Below, in pieces: positions 43,507-54,619 of a stretch of 64,000 nucleotides of DNA. How positions within the stretch are numbered: the stretch's first letter is position 1; the number at the start of each line of letters is the position of its first letter. Made by a program: the position numbers and the translations under genes. Source of the DNA: Clostridium sp. CAG:440 (lineage in GTDB: Bacteria > Bacillota > Clostridia > TANB77 > CAG-508); NCBI GenBank assembly GCA_000437215.1, contig FR898651.1, positions 29,762 to 93,761 on the forward strand. Direction: 5' to 3'. Under the pieces are notes generated by a model. That model was not told the origin of the DNA. It did not search any database and saw nothing but the letters and a program-made list of their open reading frames with translations.

Positions 43507-44629
43507 TAAAATAATAAAACAATATTTTGAAAACAAGTTCAACCAAGAAAATAATTATAAAGCCATATTGTCTAAAGTAAGAAAGGAAGAAAAAATGGAA
43601 AAAAACAAAATAATAAAAATGTGTGCAACATTTGTTCTTACAATAGGTGTAGCAGCAGGTCTTGCGTATGCTGGAACAGTGGTATATGAAAAAGTATTTA
43701 AAAAACCAGAAAAAATAGATAATTTTGTTGAAGAATTGCAAGTAAAAGATGAAGATCTAAAAAAAATAATTTCAAAACAGGAAGCATTAGAGAAAGCAAA
43801 AGAAGAAATAAAAAGATATGGATTAGAATTAAACCAAAATCCGGACATAGAAATTTTAAAAGCACCAAATTATGATGAAATATCATATGTAATTAAATCT
43901 GGAAGATTAGAAGTAAATATAAATGCATTAACAGGAAAACTTACAGGATTTTATCAAAATTCTGATAATAAAGAAAAGCAATTAGAAAAATATCATTCAA
44001 CCAAAGAAAAAATTGTTGAAGTAGCAAAAGAAAAAATGAAAGAATACGGATTTGGCAGTGAATATGAAATATGTTATATATCAAATAATAACAGTGATGA
44101 TGAGAAAAAGGCATATTTATGGTATATATGGTTTGCAAAAAAATATGATGGTTTATTTAATGAAGGACAAAGTGTATCTATTACATTAATACCACAAATA
44201 AATTTTGTTGAGAGTTTAAATATTAAAGATGAACAATTTGAAAATAATCCAATTGTAATATCAGAAAGCGAAGCAATACAAATAGCAAAGCAAAAAGATG
44301 AACAAATAAATAATGAAAATTATGAAATAAAAGAAGTTAAGTCAAAGTTAGCAATAAGACAAATAAATGCAGAGGTTTATTTAAAGGAAAATGGTATAGA
44401 AACAAGAAATGAACAAAAAGTTTTAGAGGATGGTACAATTATAAGTTATGATCCATATAAAAGAAATGGAAAATGGAGAAAAGTATATGTAGTAGAAATT
44501 ATATACTTAAATAGACCATTTGGGCAGACAAGAAAATACTATATTGATTCAACCACAAAAGAGGTTGTAGGTGGAGAAGATATATATGATTTACTTAAAT
44601 TAGGTGAGCCTGTTAGTACAGAAGGATAA
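43484..44629 (+). CDS. Putative anti-sigma factor: single-pass membrane protein with an extracytoplasmic domain
   Basis: Overlaps the sigma factor stop. TM IIKMCATFVLTIGVAAGLAYAG about 50 aa in. Confidence 0.5.
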   Translation: MGVKDLNNKIIKQYFENKFNQENNYKAILSKVRKEEKMEKNKIIKMCATFVLTIGVAAGLAYAGTVVYEKVFKKPEKIDNFVEELQVKDEDLKKIISKQEALEKAKEEIKRYGLELNQNPDIEILKAPNYDEISYVIKSGRLEVNINALTGKLTGFYQNSDNKEKQLEKYHSTKEKIVEVAKEKMKEYGFGSEYEICYISNNNSDDEKKAYLWYIWFAKKYDGLFNEGQSVSITLIPQINFVESLNIKDEQFENNPIVISESEAIQIAKQKDEQINNENYEIKEVKSKLAIRQINAEVYLKENGIETRNEQKVLEDGTIISYDPYKRNGKWRKVYVVEIIYLNRPFGQTRKYYIDSTTKEVVGGEDIYDLLKLGEPVSTEG

Positions 44630-44752
44630 AAAATAAAAAAATACTATATAAAAAATTGTATAGTATTTTTTTGTTTTATTAAAACAAACATTGAAAAGTT
44701 ATTATGTTTGTGATAATATAACCAAGAATAAACCAAAAAGGAGAGAATAAAA

Positions 44753-46483
44753 ATGGTAAATAAAAAAATAGAAATAACTGATTTAAAAGACATGTTAAAT
44801 AAAACTAAAAAAGCATATGGATCAAGACCTGCATATAAATTAAGAACTAAAACCCCAGGAGAATACCAAGAAATAACACATAAAGAAGTAAGAGATATGG
44901 TAGATTGTTTAGGAACAGCTTTGGTTTCACTATTAAACTTAAAAGGAAAAAGAGTAGCAGTAATAGGAGAAAATAGATATGAATGGGAAGTTGCATATTT
45001 ATCAGTTGTAGCAGGAACTGGAATAGTAGTACCTTTAGATAAAGCACTTCCAGAAAACGAATTAGATAGTTTAATTAGACGTTCAGAAGTTGATGCAATA
45101 TTTTATTCAGAAAAATATGAACCAATATTAAAAAAATTAGCAAAAGATGGAACAACAAAATTAAAACATTTGATATCAATGGATGCAAAGGAAAATAAAG
45201 ATGGAGTATATTCATTTAATGAATTAATACAAAAAGGTAAAAAATTAATAGAAGATGGAGATATTGCATTTATAGAAGCTGAAATAAATCCAGAGGAAAT
45301 GACAGAAATATTATTTACATCAGGAACAACAGCAAAATCAAAAGCAGTAGCATTATGCCATAGAAATTTATGTGAAAATTTAATGGGAATGAATGATGTT
45401 TTATATAATTTTACATGTGAAGACAAAATGCTTTCATTTTTACCTGTTCACCATGTATTTGAATGTACAGCAGGATTTTTATTATCTTTATATAAAGGAA
45501 TGTGTACATCATTTGCAGATGGTCCACGCCATATTGTAGAAAATTTAAGAGAATATGGAATTACATTTATGGTATGTGTTCCAGCATTATATGAAATAAT
45601 GTATAATTCAATATTAAAAAAATTAGAAAAAGCTGGAAAACTAGAAGCGGTAATGGCATTGGTGGAAGCACATAAAAATGACACAATGGAACAAAAGGCA
45701 AAAATATTTAAAGACATACATGATATATTTGGAGAAAATATAAAATTATTAGTTAGTGGTGCTGCAGCATTAGATAGTAAAGTAGAAGAAGGATATAGAA
45801 ACTTTGGAATTAATTTAGTGCAAGGTTATGGACTAACAGAAAGTTCTCCAGTTGTATGTGTAAATTATTTCCCAGGAAAAGATGAAAATAAACATAGATG
45901 TGGAACAATAGGAAAAGCTTTGCCAAAAGTACAAGTAAAGATTGAAGAACCTAATGAAGAAGGAATTGGGGAACTTATGGTAAAAGGGCCAAATGTTATG
46001 ATGGGATATTTTGGAGATGAAGAAGCAACTAAGGAAACTATAGAAGATGGATGGCTTCATACAGGAGATTTATGTTCAATAGATAAAGATGGTTATATTT
46101 ACATTTATGGAAGAAAGAAAAGTGTAATAGTATTAAAAAATGGTAAAAATATCTTTCCAGAAGAAATGGAAAATTTGGTAAACAAAATAGAAGGTGTTCA
46201 AGAATCTATGATTTATTCAATTCTTAACAAAGATGCAAAAGATGAAAGCGATATTAGAATAGCAGCTAGAGTAGTATATGATAAAGACATTATGAAAGAA
46301 ATGTATAATACAGAAGATGAAAAAGAAATATATGAAATAATTAACAACAAAATAAAAGAAATTAATAAAATAATGCCTTTATATAAGTCAATAAGGGGAT
46401 TAACTATTACACAAGAACCATTTATTAAAACTACAACTGGTAAAATAAAAAGACAAGAAAATTTGAAATTTTTAAATAAGTAA
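44753..46483 (+). CDS. AMP-dependent synthetase/ligase (long-chain fatty-acid-CoA ligase-like)
   Basis: AMP-binding motif FTSGTTAKSKAV and conserved C-terminal domain. Confidence 0.8.
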   Translation: MVNKKIEITDLKDMLNKTKKAYGSRPAYKLRTKTPGEYQEITHKEVRDMVDCLGTALVSLLNLKGKRVAVIGENRYEWEVAYLSVVAGTGIVVPLDKALPENELDSLIRRSEVDAIFYSEKYEPILKKLAKDGTTKLKHLISMDAKENKDGVYSFNELIQKGKKLIEDGDIAFIEAEINPEEMTEILFTSGTTAKSKAVALCHRNLCENLMGMNDVLYNFTCEDKMLSFLPVHHVFECTAGFLLSLYKGMCTSFADGPRHIVENLREYGITFMVCVPALYEIMYNSILKKLEKAGKLEAVMALVEAHKNDTMEQKAKIFKDIHDIFGENIKLLVSGAAALDSKVEEGYRNFGINLVQGYGLTESSPVVCVNYFPGKDENKHRCGTIGKALPKVQVKIEEPNEEGIGELMVKGPNVMMGYFGDEEATKETIEDGWLHTGDLCSIDKDGYIYIYGRKKSVIVLKNGKNIFPEEMENLVNKIEGVQESMIYSILNKDAKDESDIRIAARVVYDKDIMKEMYNTEDEKEIYEIINNKIKEINKIMPLYKSIRGLTITQEPFIKTTTGKIKRQENLKFLNK

Positions 46484-46496
46484 TAATTAATAATAA

Positions 46497-46530
46497 AAAG
46501 CAAAACTTTTATAGTTTTGCTTTTTATATA
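46497..46530. terminator. Bidirectional intrinsic terminator
   Basis: AAAAGCAAAACT-tttatag-TTTTGCTTTTT. Confidence 0.5.
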
Positions 46531-47449
46531 TTACAAAATAGCACCTAGAACTAATATACCTAAATTATCATTATAAATTTCATCAAATTGAGAAATAGGC
46601 AAAGGATTTTCTCCCAAACCAGCTTCTATAGTATAACCAGGCTTATTAAAGTTTTGTATAAACCAATCTTTATAACCTGCAAAACTCGAGTTATATGGAG
46701 TGGCTGATAAAGTGTAACCACTAGAATTAGCAAATGCTGTACCAATTTTAAAACTATTTTGTGGATTGTAGTTTTGGAACTGCCAATAAATTTCTTGACC
46801 TTGGGTATGATATGCAATTACTAATCTAAAGTTATGTAATAAAGTAAAATTGTATATTGTTAAAGCTTCTGGTTCTGTAAGCGGACCAAAACCAACAAAA
46901 TCACGTGGACTAGGACTAGTAAAACCTTGAAGATATTTTATTTCTTTAGCTTGTTCCCATCCGAGCTGGAAATTGTAAATTTAAATCAACACCTCTAATA
47001 TTAGCTTTCCAACCAGAAGAAAATGGAATATCTGGATAATTATTTGCTATAGATTTTGCTTGGTTATATGCAGAAGAAGATGGTAAAATATTTCCTGTAA
47101 CCAAGTCAACTCCATCAGGATTTACCATAGGCATAATAAAAATAGAAACATTATTAAATAAATCTCTAACAGAATAATTATAAAGCTTACCATTTTGAAC
47201 ATAAGCATTTGCATAATCTTCAACAAATTTCATAAGTACTACACTTGTAATCCATTCATTAGCATGAATAGAGGCAGAATAAAAAACTTTTTTGGTTCCT
47301 TTTCCAAGCTTTATAACATAAATGTTTTTTCTAAGAACACTTAAACCAACGGACTGAACATTTAAAAAAGGAAAAGTTCGTACTAATGAATTTAAATTTT
47401 GTCTTAATATAGTAGAATTATAATTAATGTTAGTTGGAACAATACTCAT
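46531..47449 (-). CDS. M14-family zinc carboxypeptidase (gamma-D-glutamyl-diamino acid peptidase-like), two frames joined by a +1 shift at CGG (plus-strand ccg 46961-46963)
   Basis: HANEW zinc motif in the N-terminal ORF 46946..47449. The C-terminal about 140 aa are encoded without a start codon in the +1 frame down to stop 46531-46533. cca gct CGG atg becomes QFPA-GWEQAK. Confidence 0.75.
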
Positions 47450-47547
47450 TAAAAATCACCCAATAAATAATATGCAAATAAAAAATAAATGTTAAAAAAA
47501 GATTGATAAACATTTTTTTTTATGCTAAGGTTATAAAGGTGAAAAAA

Positions 47548-48108
47548 ATGAAATTTAAAGATGGAAAAAATAGATGCAAATGGTGCAATCCAAAAAATGA
47601 TTTATATATAAAATATCATGATGAAGAATGGGGAGTACCAAATTTTGAAGAAAAATATTTATTTGAAATGTTAATATTAGAATCATTTCAAGCGGGATTA
47701 TCATGGGAATGTGTATTAAACAAAAGAGAAGAATTTAAAAAAGCATTTGATAACTTTGATATAAACAAAATAATTCAATATGATGAGAAAAAAATAAAAG
47801 AATTGATAAACAATGAGAAAATCATACGAAATAAATTAAAAATAAAAGCAGCAATAAATAACGCAAAAATTTTTAAAAATATACAAAAAAAATATAAAAC
47901 ATTCTATAATTATTTAGCAACATATACAGGAGGAAAAATAATTTATGAATTAGATAAAACAAGTTCAAAACTATCAGATGAGATTTCAAAAGATTTAAAA
48001 AAACAAGGGATGAAATTTGTAGGGACAACAATAATTTATTCTTATTTGCAAGCAGTAGGAATTATAAACTCACATGAAAATAATTGTTATTTAAATAATA
48101 AAAAATAG
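47548..48108 (+). CDS. tag: DNA-3-methyladenine glycosylase I
   Basis: RCxWC...YHDEEWGVP zinc-binding Tag signature. Confidence 0.85.
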   Translation: MKFKDGKNRCKWCNPKNDLYIKYHDEEWGVPNFEEKYLFEMLILESFQAGLSWECVLNKREEFKKAFDNFDINKIIQYDEKKIKELINNEKIIRNKLKIKAAINNAKIFKNIQKKYKTFYNYLATYTGGKIIYELDKTSSKLSDEISKDLKKQGMKFVGTTIIYSYLQAVGIINSHENNCYLNNKK

Positions 48109-48155
48109 CGATAGACAAAGTAAAAGATAAATGATATAATAAAAAAGTATTATAT

Positions 48156-48507
48156 GGGGATGTAAATGGTTTCGACATTACATTAGAAGTGCATATAGCA
48201 AGTAGTGGATTCTCGTTGGCCACTATAAAAACGAGAAATTAAATATAAACGCTGATAATAGAGAATTAGCATTAGCTGCCTAGGTGCGGCTACGTTTTAT
48301 AAAATAGTCCCACGGATTTTATAAAACGCCAAAACAGTGGGAAACAAAGCTGCTTTTGCTTTTAAAGTAGTGGGTAATTAAAAAGCTATATTTAAATTAA
48401 GCCTGTTTATCGGCGTAATTTAAATGAAAATAAAAGATAAAATAAACTTGTAGAAGTGTGCATGGAAAATGTTATGGACAGGAGTTCGACTCTCCTCATC
48501 TCCACCA
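48156..48507 (+). ncRNA. ssrA: tmRNA (SsrA)
   Basis: 5' GGGGATGTAAATGGTTTCGAC and 3' GGAGTTCGACTCTCCTCATCTCCACCA tRNA-like halves. Internal tag ORF ...GCT GAT AAT AGA GAA TTA GCA TTA GCT GCC TAG, giving (A)DNRELALAA-stop. Confidence 0.85.
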
Positions 48508-48600
48508 TAAAATTAAATTGTCCACATTCTGCTCTTGACATTGAAGGGCATTTGAAAGATTCTATTTAAAAAGTATAAAAGATTTTTTTACTATAAAAAA

Positions 48601-48630
48601 CAAGCTGTGTTATATTATAACACAGCTTTC
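48601..48630. terminator. Hairpin downstream of the convergent DUF4097 gene
   Basis: AAGCTGTGTTATA-ttat-AACACAGCTTT. Confidence 0.5.
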
Positions 48631-48647
48631 AAAATCATGAAATGCGA

Positions 48648-49340
48648 TTACTTAATGCTTATATTTCCACTCATTGTAGAAATATCAACATCCGCATTGT
48701 AACCTCTCCTTTCTTTGTGGAGATTTTTAACGTTTCCACTCATAGAGTTAGCGGAAAGATTGATGTGCCCAATGTTATTAAATTCCACTGACACATTGCC
48801 ACTCATTGTGGAAATTTCAACATTAATGTCCTGGGTTGCATTGGTACAAAATCCGATATTTCCACTCATTGTGGAAACAGAAGCATTGTTGACGGTTGCA
48901 TTAGTCTTTAAATCGCCAGAGATAGTCTTTGCTTTGAGATAGTTGACTAAGACTCCTTCATTTAAGGTAATGTTTGCTGATGAACTATTTGCAGAAATAA
49001 CTTTGAATATTTTTTGTGGTATGGTAACATCAAGTTTCAAATTTCCATAAGAACAGTTACCAGTAAACTTTAATGTGATTATAAGTTCACAATTTACTAC
49101 ATAAACATCAAAGTTGACATCTCCATCAATATTTGCCTCACCATAGAAATGTGCTTCAACCTTTGAAGAATTGGAAACGGAAACATTAACATCGTAAAGT
49201 GCAGAATTGATTGATATCTTTTCGATATTGCTGCAATCTTTAGCTTTTACTTCGTCAAATTTTTGAGTATTACCGGTTCCGCCACCGATTATACACTGTC
49301 CGTTTGCTGAAAATACGTTGCCATTGAAACTAATCTTCAT
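48648..49340 (-). CDS. DUF4097-family beta-strand repeat protein (putative adhesin fold)
   Basis: Repeated STMSGN(I/V) motifs at about 20-40 aa spacing. Confidence 0.55.
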   Translation of the reverse strand: MKISFNGNVFSANGQCIIGGGTGNTQKFDEVKAKDCSNIEKISINSALYDVNVSVSNSSKVEAHFYGEANIDGDVNFDVYVVNCELIITLKFTGNCSYGNLKLDVTIPQKIFKVISANSSSANITLNEGVLVNYLKAKTISGDLKTNATVNNASVSTMSGNIGFCTNATQDINVEISTMSGNVSVEFNNIGHINLSANSMSGNVKNLHKERRGYNADVDISTMSGNISIK

Positions 49341-49544
49341 GATTTTTTCCTCCTTAAACTTTATTGTTGATTAGTGTGTTTCTTTGGGCTTAAACTAAAA
49401 AGCTAGAGGTTATCCCTCTCACTAGTTAGTGAAGATGGGGAAGATGACACAGGATTTATCCTATATCTTTTTTATTATAACACAAATATACATAAAATGC
49501 AATTTTGAAGGATAAGAAAATAATATAATAAATATGGCCTTAAC

Positions 49545-49592
49545 CAAAGGAGTCAGCTTCGGCTGGCTTCTTTGGTTTTTGCTTTTTAAGGA
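49545..49592 (+). terminator. Strong intrinsic terminator-like hairpin upstream of the membrane-protein gene (possible sRNA 3' end or attenuator)
   Basis: CCAAAGGAGTCAGC-TTCG-GCTGGCTTCTTTGG followed by TTTTTGCTTTTT. Confidence 0.4.
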
Positions 49593-49673
49593 GTTTTTTT
49601 ACAAGTTCAACATTGATTTATATAAAATAGTTTGATAATATATAAACTAAGTCGATAAATAAAAGGAGCAAAA

Positions 49674-50933
49674 ATGGGAAAATTAAATATATCAAAATTT
49701 AATAAAATATTTCCGTGGTATAACGGATTATCATCAGATTTACTATTTTGGGTAGCAATAGATACATTATTTTTAACAGTCGTAAAAAAATTTAATGCAG
49801 CTCAAATAGTATCATTAACAACATTATCAATGATAACATGTATAATATTGCAGGTTCCACTATTAAAAATAATAAAAAAAATTGGAAATACAAATTCAGT
49901 AAAATTAGGAACACTATTTTTACTAATATCTAGCATATTATTGACATTTGGAAAAAATTATATAAGTATAGTTTTAGGAAAAATATTTTACGAAATGGCA
50001 TTCACATTTAAAAATATGGCAAATGCTATATTAAAAAATAATTTAGAATTACAGCAAAAAAGTGAGGATTATATAAAAATACAAACTAAATCAAATACTA
50101 TATATGCCGTGGTAACAATGATAATTTCATTTGTTGCAAGCATATTATTTAATTTTAATAATTATTTACCAATGATTTTATGTATTTTATTTTGTTTTAT
50201 ATGTTTTATTTTATCTTTTTATATAGTTGATATGTCAAAATATGATAAAACTGCAAAAAAAACAGAGGAGAAAGTTAAAAATAAAGTAAAATATAACAAA
50301 ATAATCATAATGTTAATTATTTCATATGGTCTATTTTACCCAATTGTAAATTCTGGGCAATCAAATGGAAAACTATTTATACAACAGGAATTGTTATTAA
50401 AATTTAGTGTTGAAAAAACATCATTAATAATAGGAGCAATATTATGTGTGTCACGTATTGTTAGAGTTATTTCTAATATGGCATTTAATAAAATACATAG
50501 TAAATATAAAGAAAAAGTAGGCTTTATGTTACCAATTTTGTTAATGGTGTCAATTTTTTTGATGATAAGTGGTTCAATGATTAATAATTTTATTATATTA
50601 AAATTTATTATTATGAGTTTGGGCTATGTAATTATATTATTTATAAGGGACCCATTTAAAGTATATATACAAGATTTGGCATTAAGAAATGTTAATAATG
50701 AAGAGCAGCAAACATTATTAACAACAATGGAGCTATCAAGAAAAATCATAAGAACAATGATAAGCTTAAATTTTACAATGATTTTATTAAATAATCCAAT
50801 GATGGTGGTAATGGTAATTTTATTTGGATTATCAATTATAGAAGTATTAATAAGTATAAGATTATATAAAATGATTTTAAATATTGATAAAATAGAAAAG
50901 AAAAAAAGAAAAATATATGTAGAAGAAGTATAG
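49674..50933 (+). CDS. Polytopic membrane protein (MFS-like transporter)
   Basis: 419 aa, about 12 hydrophobic helices. Confidence 0.5.
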   Translation: MGKLNISKFNKIFPWYNGLSSDLLFWVAIDTLFLTVVKKFNAAQIVSLTTLSMITCIILQVPLLKIIKKIGNTNSVKLGTLFLLISSILLTFGKNYISIVLGKIFYEMAFTFKNMANAILKNNLELQQKSEDYIKIQTKSNTIYAVVTMIISFVASILFNFNNYLPMILCILFCFICFILSFYIVDMSKYDKTAKKTEEKVKNKVKYNKIIIMLIISYGLFYPIVNSGQSNGKLFIQQELLLKFSVEKTSLIIGAILCVSRIVRVISNMAFNKIHSKYKEKVGFMLPILLMVSIFLMISGSMINNFIILKFIIMSLGYVIILFIRDPFKVYIQDLALRNVNNEEQQTLLTTMELSRKIIRTMISLNFTMILLNNPMMVVMVILFGLSIIEVLISIRLYKMILNIDKIEKKKRKIYVEEV

Positions 50934-50994
50934 ACAATTAAATTTAAAAATGATAGAATATCAAAAATTATATAAAATATGGAGGAAATATAAA

Positions 50995-51471
50995 ATGGAA
51001 GAATTTGCAACATTAGAAAAAGTAAAAGAATTATTTGAAAAGGTTGATTTTATAGGAGAAGAAAATTGCTTTATTTATGCATTAACAAATACTCAAAAAC
51101 CTGCGCCAAGTGGACTTTTAGGAGGAATGGTAGCGGGAATGGAAGCTGCACAAAAAAATAGAGGATGGTCTGGCTATTTAATAAATAAAACAGAAAAAGG
51201 AATTGGATTAATACCTTTGAAAAGTAAAAGTACATTTGTTATTAAACCTGAGAATATGATTCCCCAATTAGATAAGTTTATTCTTATTGATAATGATAAT
51301 ATAGAAAGTGTAAAAATAAAAAAATTAGGATTTATAAGTCCTGTTGCAAAAACTGTTGACATAAAAATTAAAAATGATGAAGATTTTAATTTAGTTGTAA
51401 GAAATAAAGAGAAGTTAATTCCATATCATGAGGAAAATTTTGCAAAATTTATAGAAATTTATAAAAATTAA
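50995..51471 (+). CDS. Hypothetical protein
   Basis: ATG at 50995 with RBS atggagga. No motif recognised. Confidence 0.4.
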   Translation: MEEFATLEKVKELFEKVDFIGEENCFIYALTNTQKPAPSGLLGGMVAGMEAAQKNRGWSGYLINKTEKGIGLIPLKSKSTFVIKPENMIPQLDKFILIDNDNIESVKIKKLGFISPVAKTVDIKIKNDEDFNLVVRNKEKLIPYHEENFAKFIEIYKN

Positions 51472-51611
51472 ATTTTTGAGAAAAGATTGAAACAAAACCA
51501 TTTAAATAAATATTTAAAAAAATGTTGCATAATTTTGGGATAAATAGTATAATAAAAAAGTAGCATAATAATATTAATAAGAAATATTATTAAAAAAGAG
51601 AGGTAAAAAAA

Positions 51612-52871
51612 ATGGAATATTTATATATACTAAGAGAAGCTTTAGTATGGATGGTAACAATATTTTGGATATATCAAATGGCAATAAGTGTATGTGCATT
51701 AATAAAATTTAAAGATAAACCATTAAAAATAAAAAAAGATCACAGATTTATGGCAATAATACCAGCCCATAATGAAGAAGCAGTAGTAGGAAATTTAATA
51801 GAAAGCTTGAAAAATCAAACATACAATAAAGAATTATATGATATATATGTAATTGCAGACAATTGTACAGACAATACAGCAAAAGTTGCAAAAGAGGCAG
51901 GAGCAATAGTGTATGAGAGATTTGATAGCACTAAAAAAACAAAGGGATATGCATTAAACTGGTTCCTACAACAAAAAATAGAAGAAGACGCACCATATGA
52001 TGCATTCTTTATCTTTGATGCAGACAATATAGTTGATAAAAACTTTATAAAAAATATGAATAAAAAATTATGTCAAGGTGAAGATGTAGTCCAAGGTTAT
52101 AGAGATATAAAAAATCCTACAGACAGTTGGATAACAGCAGGATATGCAATATTTTACTGGACTTTACATAGATTTTATCATTTAGCAAGATACAATATAG
52201 GTTTATCACCATTATTAAATGGAACAGGATTTATGGTAAGATTTGATGTAGTAAAGCCAAATGGATGGGATACACAAACACTAACAGAAGACATAGAATT
52301 TTCATTAAAAAGAATAATAGCTGGAAAAAGATTAGGTTGGGCAACAGATGCAATAGTATATGATGAGCAACCAGTAGGATTTAAACAAAGCTGGTCACAA
52401 AGAAGCAGATGGACAGTAGGACATATACAATGTATGCATAAATACACAAAAGATTTAGCGATGGCAGCAAAGGAAAATAAAACATTAATGAATTTTGATG
52501 GATTATTATATATTATAGGAAGTATACCAATGTTTGTAATAACATTAATATTATTATTAACGAACTTTGCAATATATGCTGGAACTGGAATGTCAGCAGC
52601 AGAGTTAATATGGAATATTGTAAGATATGTAGTACCAACATTTTTCTTACCAATACTTACAGGAATATTAATTATGGCACTTGATAAAAGACCAATAAAA
52701 CCAATGATTAAAGGATTGCTATGTTATCCATTATTCTTAGGTTCATGGTTAGTAATAAACTTTAAATGCTTATTTAAAAGAGAAACAACATGGGAAAAAA
52801 TTGATCATGTTAGAAGCATAAAAATTTCAGAAGTAAGTGATGAAGAAGAAAAAGTAGTAGAAAAAGTTTAA
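51612..52871 (+). CDS. Family 2 glycosyltransferase, membrane-integrated (processive synthase-like)
   Basis: GT2 DxD region (IFDADN), QxxRW motif (QRSRWTVG), flanking TM helices. Confidence 0.75.
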   Translation: MEYLYILREALVWMVTIFWIYQMAISVCALIKFKDKPLKIKKDHRFMAIIPAHNEEAVVGNLIESLKNQTYNKELYDIYVIADNCTDNTAKVAKEAGAIVYERFDSTKKTKGYALNWFLQQKIEEDAPYDAFFIFDADNIVDKNFIKNMNKKLCQGEDVVQGYRDIKNPTDSWITAGYAIFYWTLHRFYHLARYNIGLSPLLNGTGFMVRFDVVKPNGWDTQTLTEDIEFSLKRIIAGKRLGWATDAIVYDEQPVGFKQSWSQRSRWTVGHIQCMHKYTKDLAMAAKENKTLMNFDGLLYIIGSIPMFVITLILLLTNFAIYAGTGMSAAELIWNIVRYVVPTFFLPILTGILIMALDKRPIKPMIKGLLCYPLFLGSWLVINFKCLFKRETTWEKIDHVRSIKISEVSDEEEKVVEKV

Positions 52872-52990
52872 AAAGACTTGCATTTATGCCAAAAATTGGG
52901 TATAATATAAAAAGCATAACAAAAACAGAAGAGTGGGAACAAATCCCACTCTTAATTAGTATATAAAACTCTAGAAAGGAGGAGCACTTT

Positions 52991-53455
52991 ATGGCTAGCA
53001 TAGAGGAAAGAGTGGAAAACTTAATAAAAGAAAAAATAGAAAAAATAGGTTATGAACTATATGATGTAGAATATAGCAAAGAGGGAAAAAATTATTTTTT
53101 GAGAATATTTATAGACAGTAAAAATGGAATTGATTTAGATGATTGTGAAAAAGTAAATAATGAAATAATGGAAGACTTAGACAATGCTAATTACATAAAA
53201 GAACAATACTTTCTAGAAGTTTCATCTCCAGGAATAGAAAGAATACTAAGAAAAGAAAAACATTTAGAGCAAAACATAGGAAATGAAATTGTAATAAAGC
53301 TATTTAAAAAAGATGAAGAAGGAAAAAAAGAATATCAAGGAATACTAAAAAAATACACAGAACAAGATATTATAATAGAAGATAATGAAAATAAACAAAA
53401 ACAAATAAATAGAAAAAACATATCACAAATAAAAACAGTATATAACTGGGAATAA
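52991..53455 (+). CDS. rimP: Ribosome maturation factor RimP
   Basis: Conserved RimP N-terminal domain. Position directly upstream of nusA. Confidence 0.85.
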   Translation: MASIEERVENLIKEKIEKIGYELYDVEYSKEGKNYFLRIFIDSKNGIDLDDCEKVNNEIMEDLDNANYIKEQYFLEVSSPGIERILRKEKHLEQNIGNEIVIKLFKKDEEGKKEYQGILKKYTEQDIIIEDNENKQKQINRKNISQIKTVYNWE

Positions 53456-53473
53456 ATAAAAGGAGGAATAAAA

Positions 53474-54574
53474 ATGAAAGCAATAGATAATAAAGAATTA
53501 ATATTATCTTTAGAAGAACTAGAAAAAGAAAGGGGAATAAAAAAAGACTACTTATTAGAAGCAATAGAAACAGCATTGGTTACTGCATATAAAAGAAATT
53601 TTGACTCATTAGAAAATGTAAAAGTAGTGATGGATAGACAAACAGGAGCAACACATGTATACAGCATAAAAGAAGTTATGAAAAAAGCAAATGACGATGT
53701 ATTAGAAATAAGCTTAAAAGATGCCCAAAAAATAAATAAAGACTTAAAAGAAGGTGACCAAGTAGAAATAGAAATTGTACCAAAAGATTTTGGTAGAATA
53801 GCAGCTCAAACAGCAAAACAAGTTATAATACAAAAATTAAGAGAAGCAGAAAGAGATATAATTTTTACAGAATTTAATGATAGAAAAGGAGAAATAGTAT
53901 CAGGGTTAATTCAAAAAGCAGATAAAAATATTGTAGTAATGGACCTTGGAAAACTAGAAGGCGTAATGCCAGCAAAAGAACAAATACCAACAGAAAAATA
54001 TAGAGTAAATGATAAAATAAAAGGTTATGTACTAGATGTACAAAGAGGAGCAAAAGGAGCACCACAAGTAATTGTTTCAAGAAGCCATCCAGACTTTGTT
54101 AAAAAATTACTAGAGTTTGAAATTCCTGAAATATATGAAGGAGTAATAGAAATAAAAAGTGTATCAAGAGATGCTGGTTATAGAAGTAAAGTTGCAGTAT
54201 ATTCTCCAGATGAAAACATAGACCCAGTTGGATCATGTGTAGGACAAAAAGGAGTTAGAATCCAAAATGTAATAAATGAATTAAATGGAGAAAAAATAGA
54301 TGTAATAGAATGGAATGAAGATCCATCAATATATATATCATCAGCTTTATTACCAGCCAAAATACTTGCAGTAGATATAAAACAAGAAGAAAGATTTGCA
54401 CAAGTAATAGTACCAGATGACCAATTGTCATTAGCAATAGGAAAATCTGGACAAAATGCACGTTTAGCTGCAAAACTTACAAATTGGAAAATAGATATTA
54501 AATCAGAAACACAATTTAGACAAATGTTAGAAGAAGCACAAAGTTCTAATCAAGAAGAAAAAACAGAAGAATAA
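53474..54574 (+). CDS. nusA: Transcription termination/antitermination factor NusA
   Basis: N-terminal domain, S1 and two KH domains (GxxG motifs). Confidence 0.9.
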   Translation: MKAIDNKELILSLEELEKERGIKKDYLLEAIETALVTAYKRNFDSLENVKVVMDRQTGATHVYSIKEVMKKANDDVLEISLKDAQKINKDLKEGDQVEIEIVPKDFGRIAAQTAKQVIIQKLREAERDIIFTEFNDRKGEIVSGLIQKADKNIVVMDLGKLEGVMPAKEQIPTEKYRVNDKIKGYVLDVQRGAKGAPQVIVSRSHPDFVKKLLEFEIPEIYEGVIEIKSVSRDAGYRSKVAVYSPDENIDPVGSCVGQKGVRIQNVINELNGEKIDVIEWNEDPSIYISSALLPAKILAVDIKQEERFAQVIVPDDQLSLAIGKSGQNARLAAKLTNWKIDIKSETQFRQMLEEAQSSNQEEKTEE

Positions 54575-54619
54575 TATAACTTTTTAGCAAGTATACTTAA
54601 AATAAAGGAGGACAAATAT

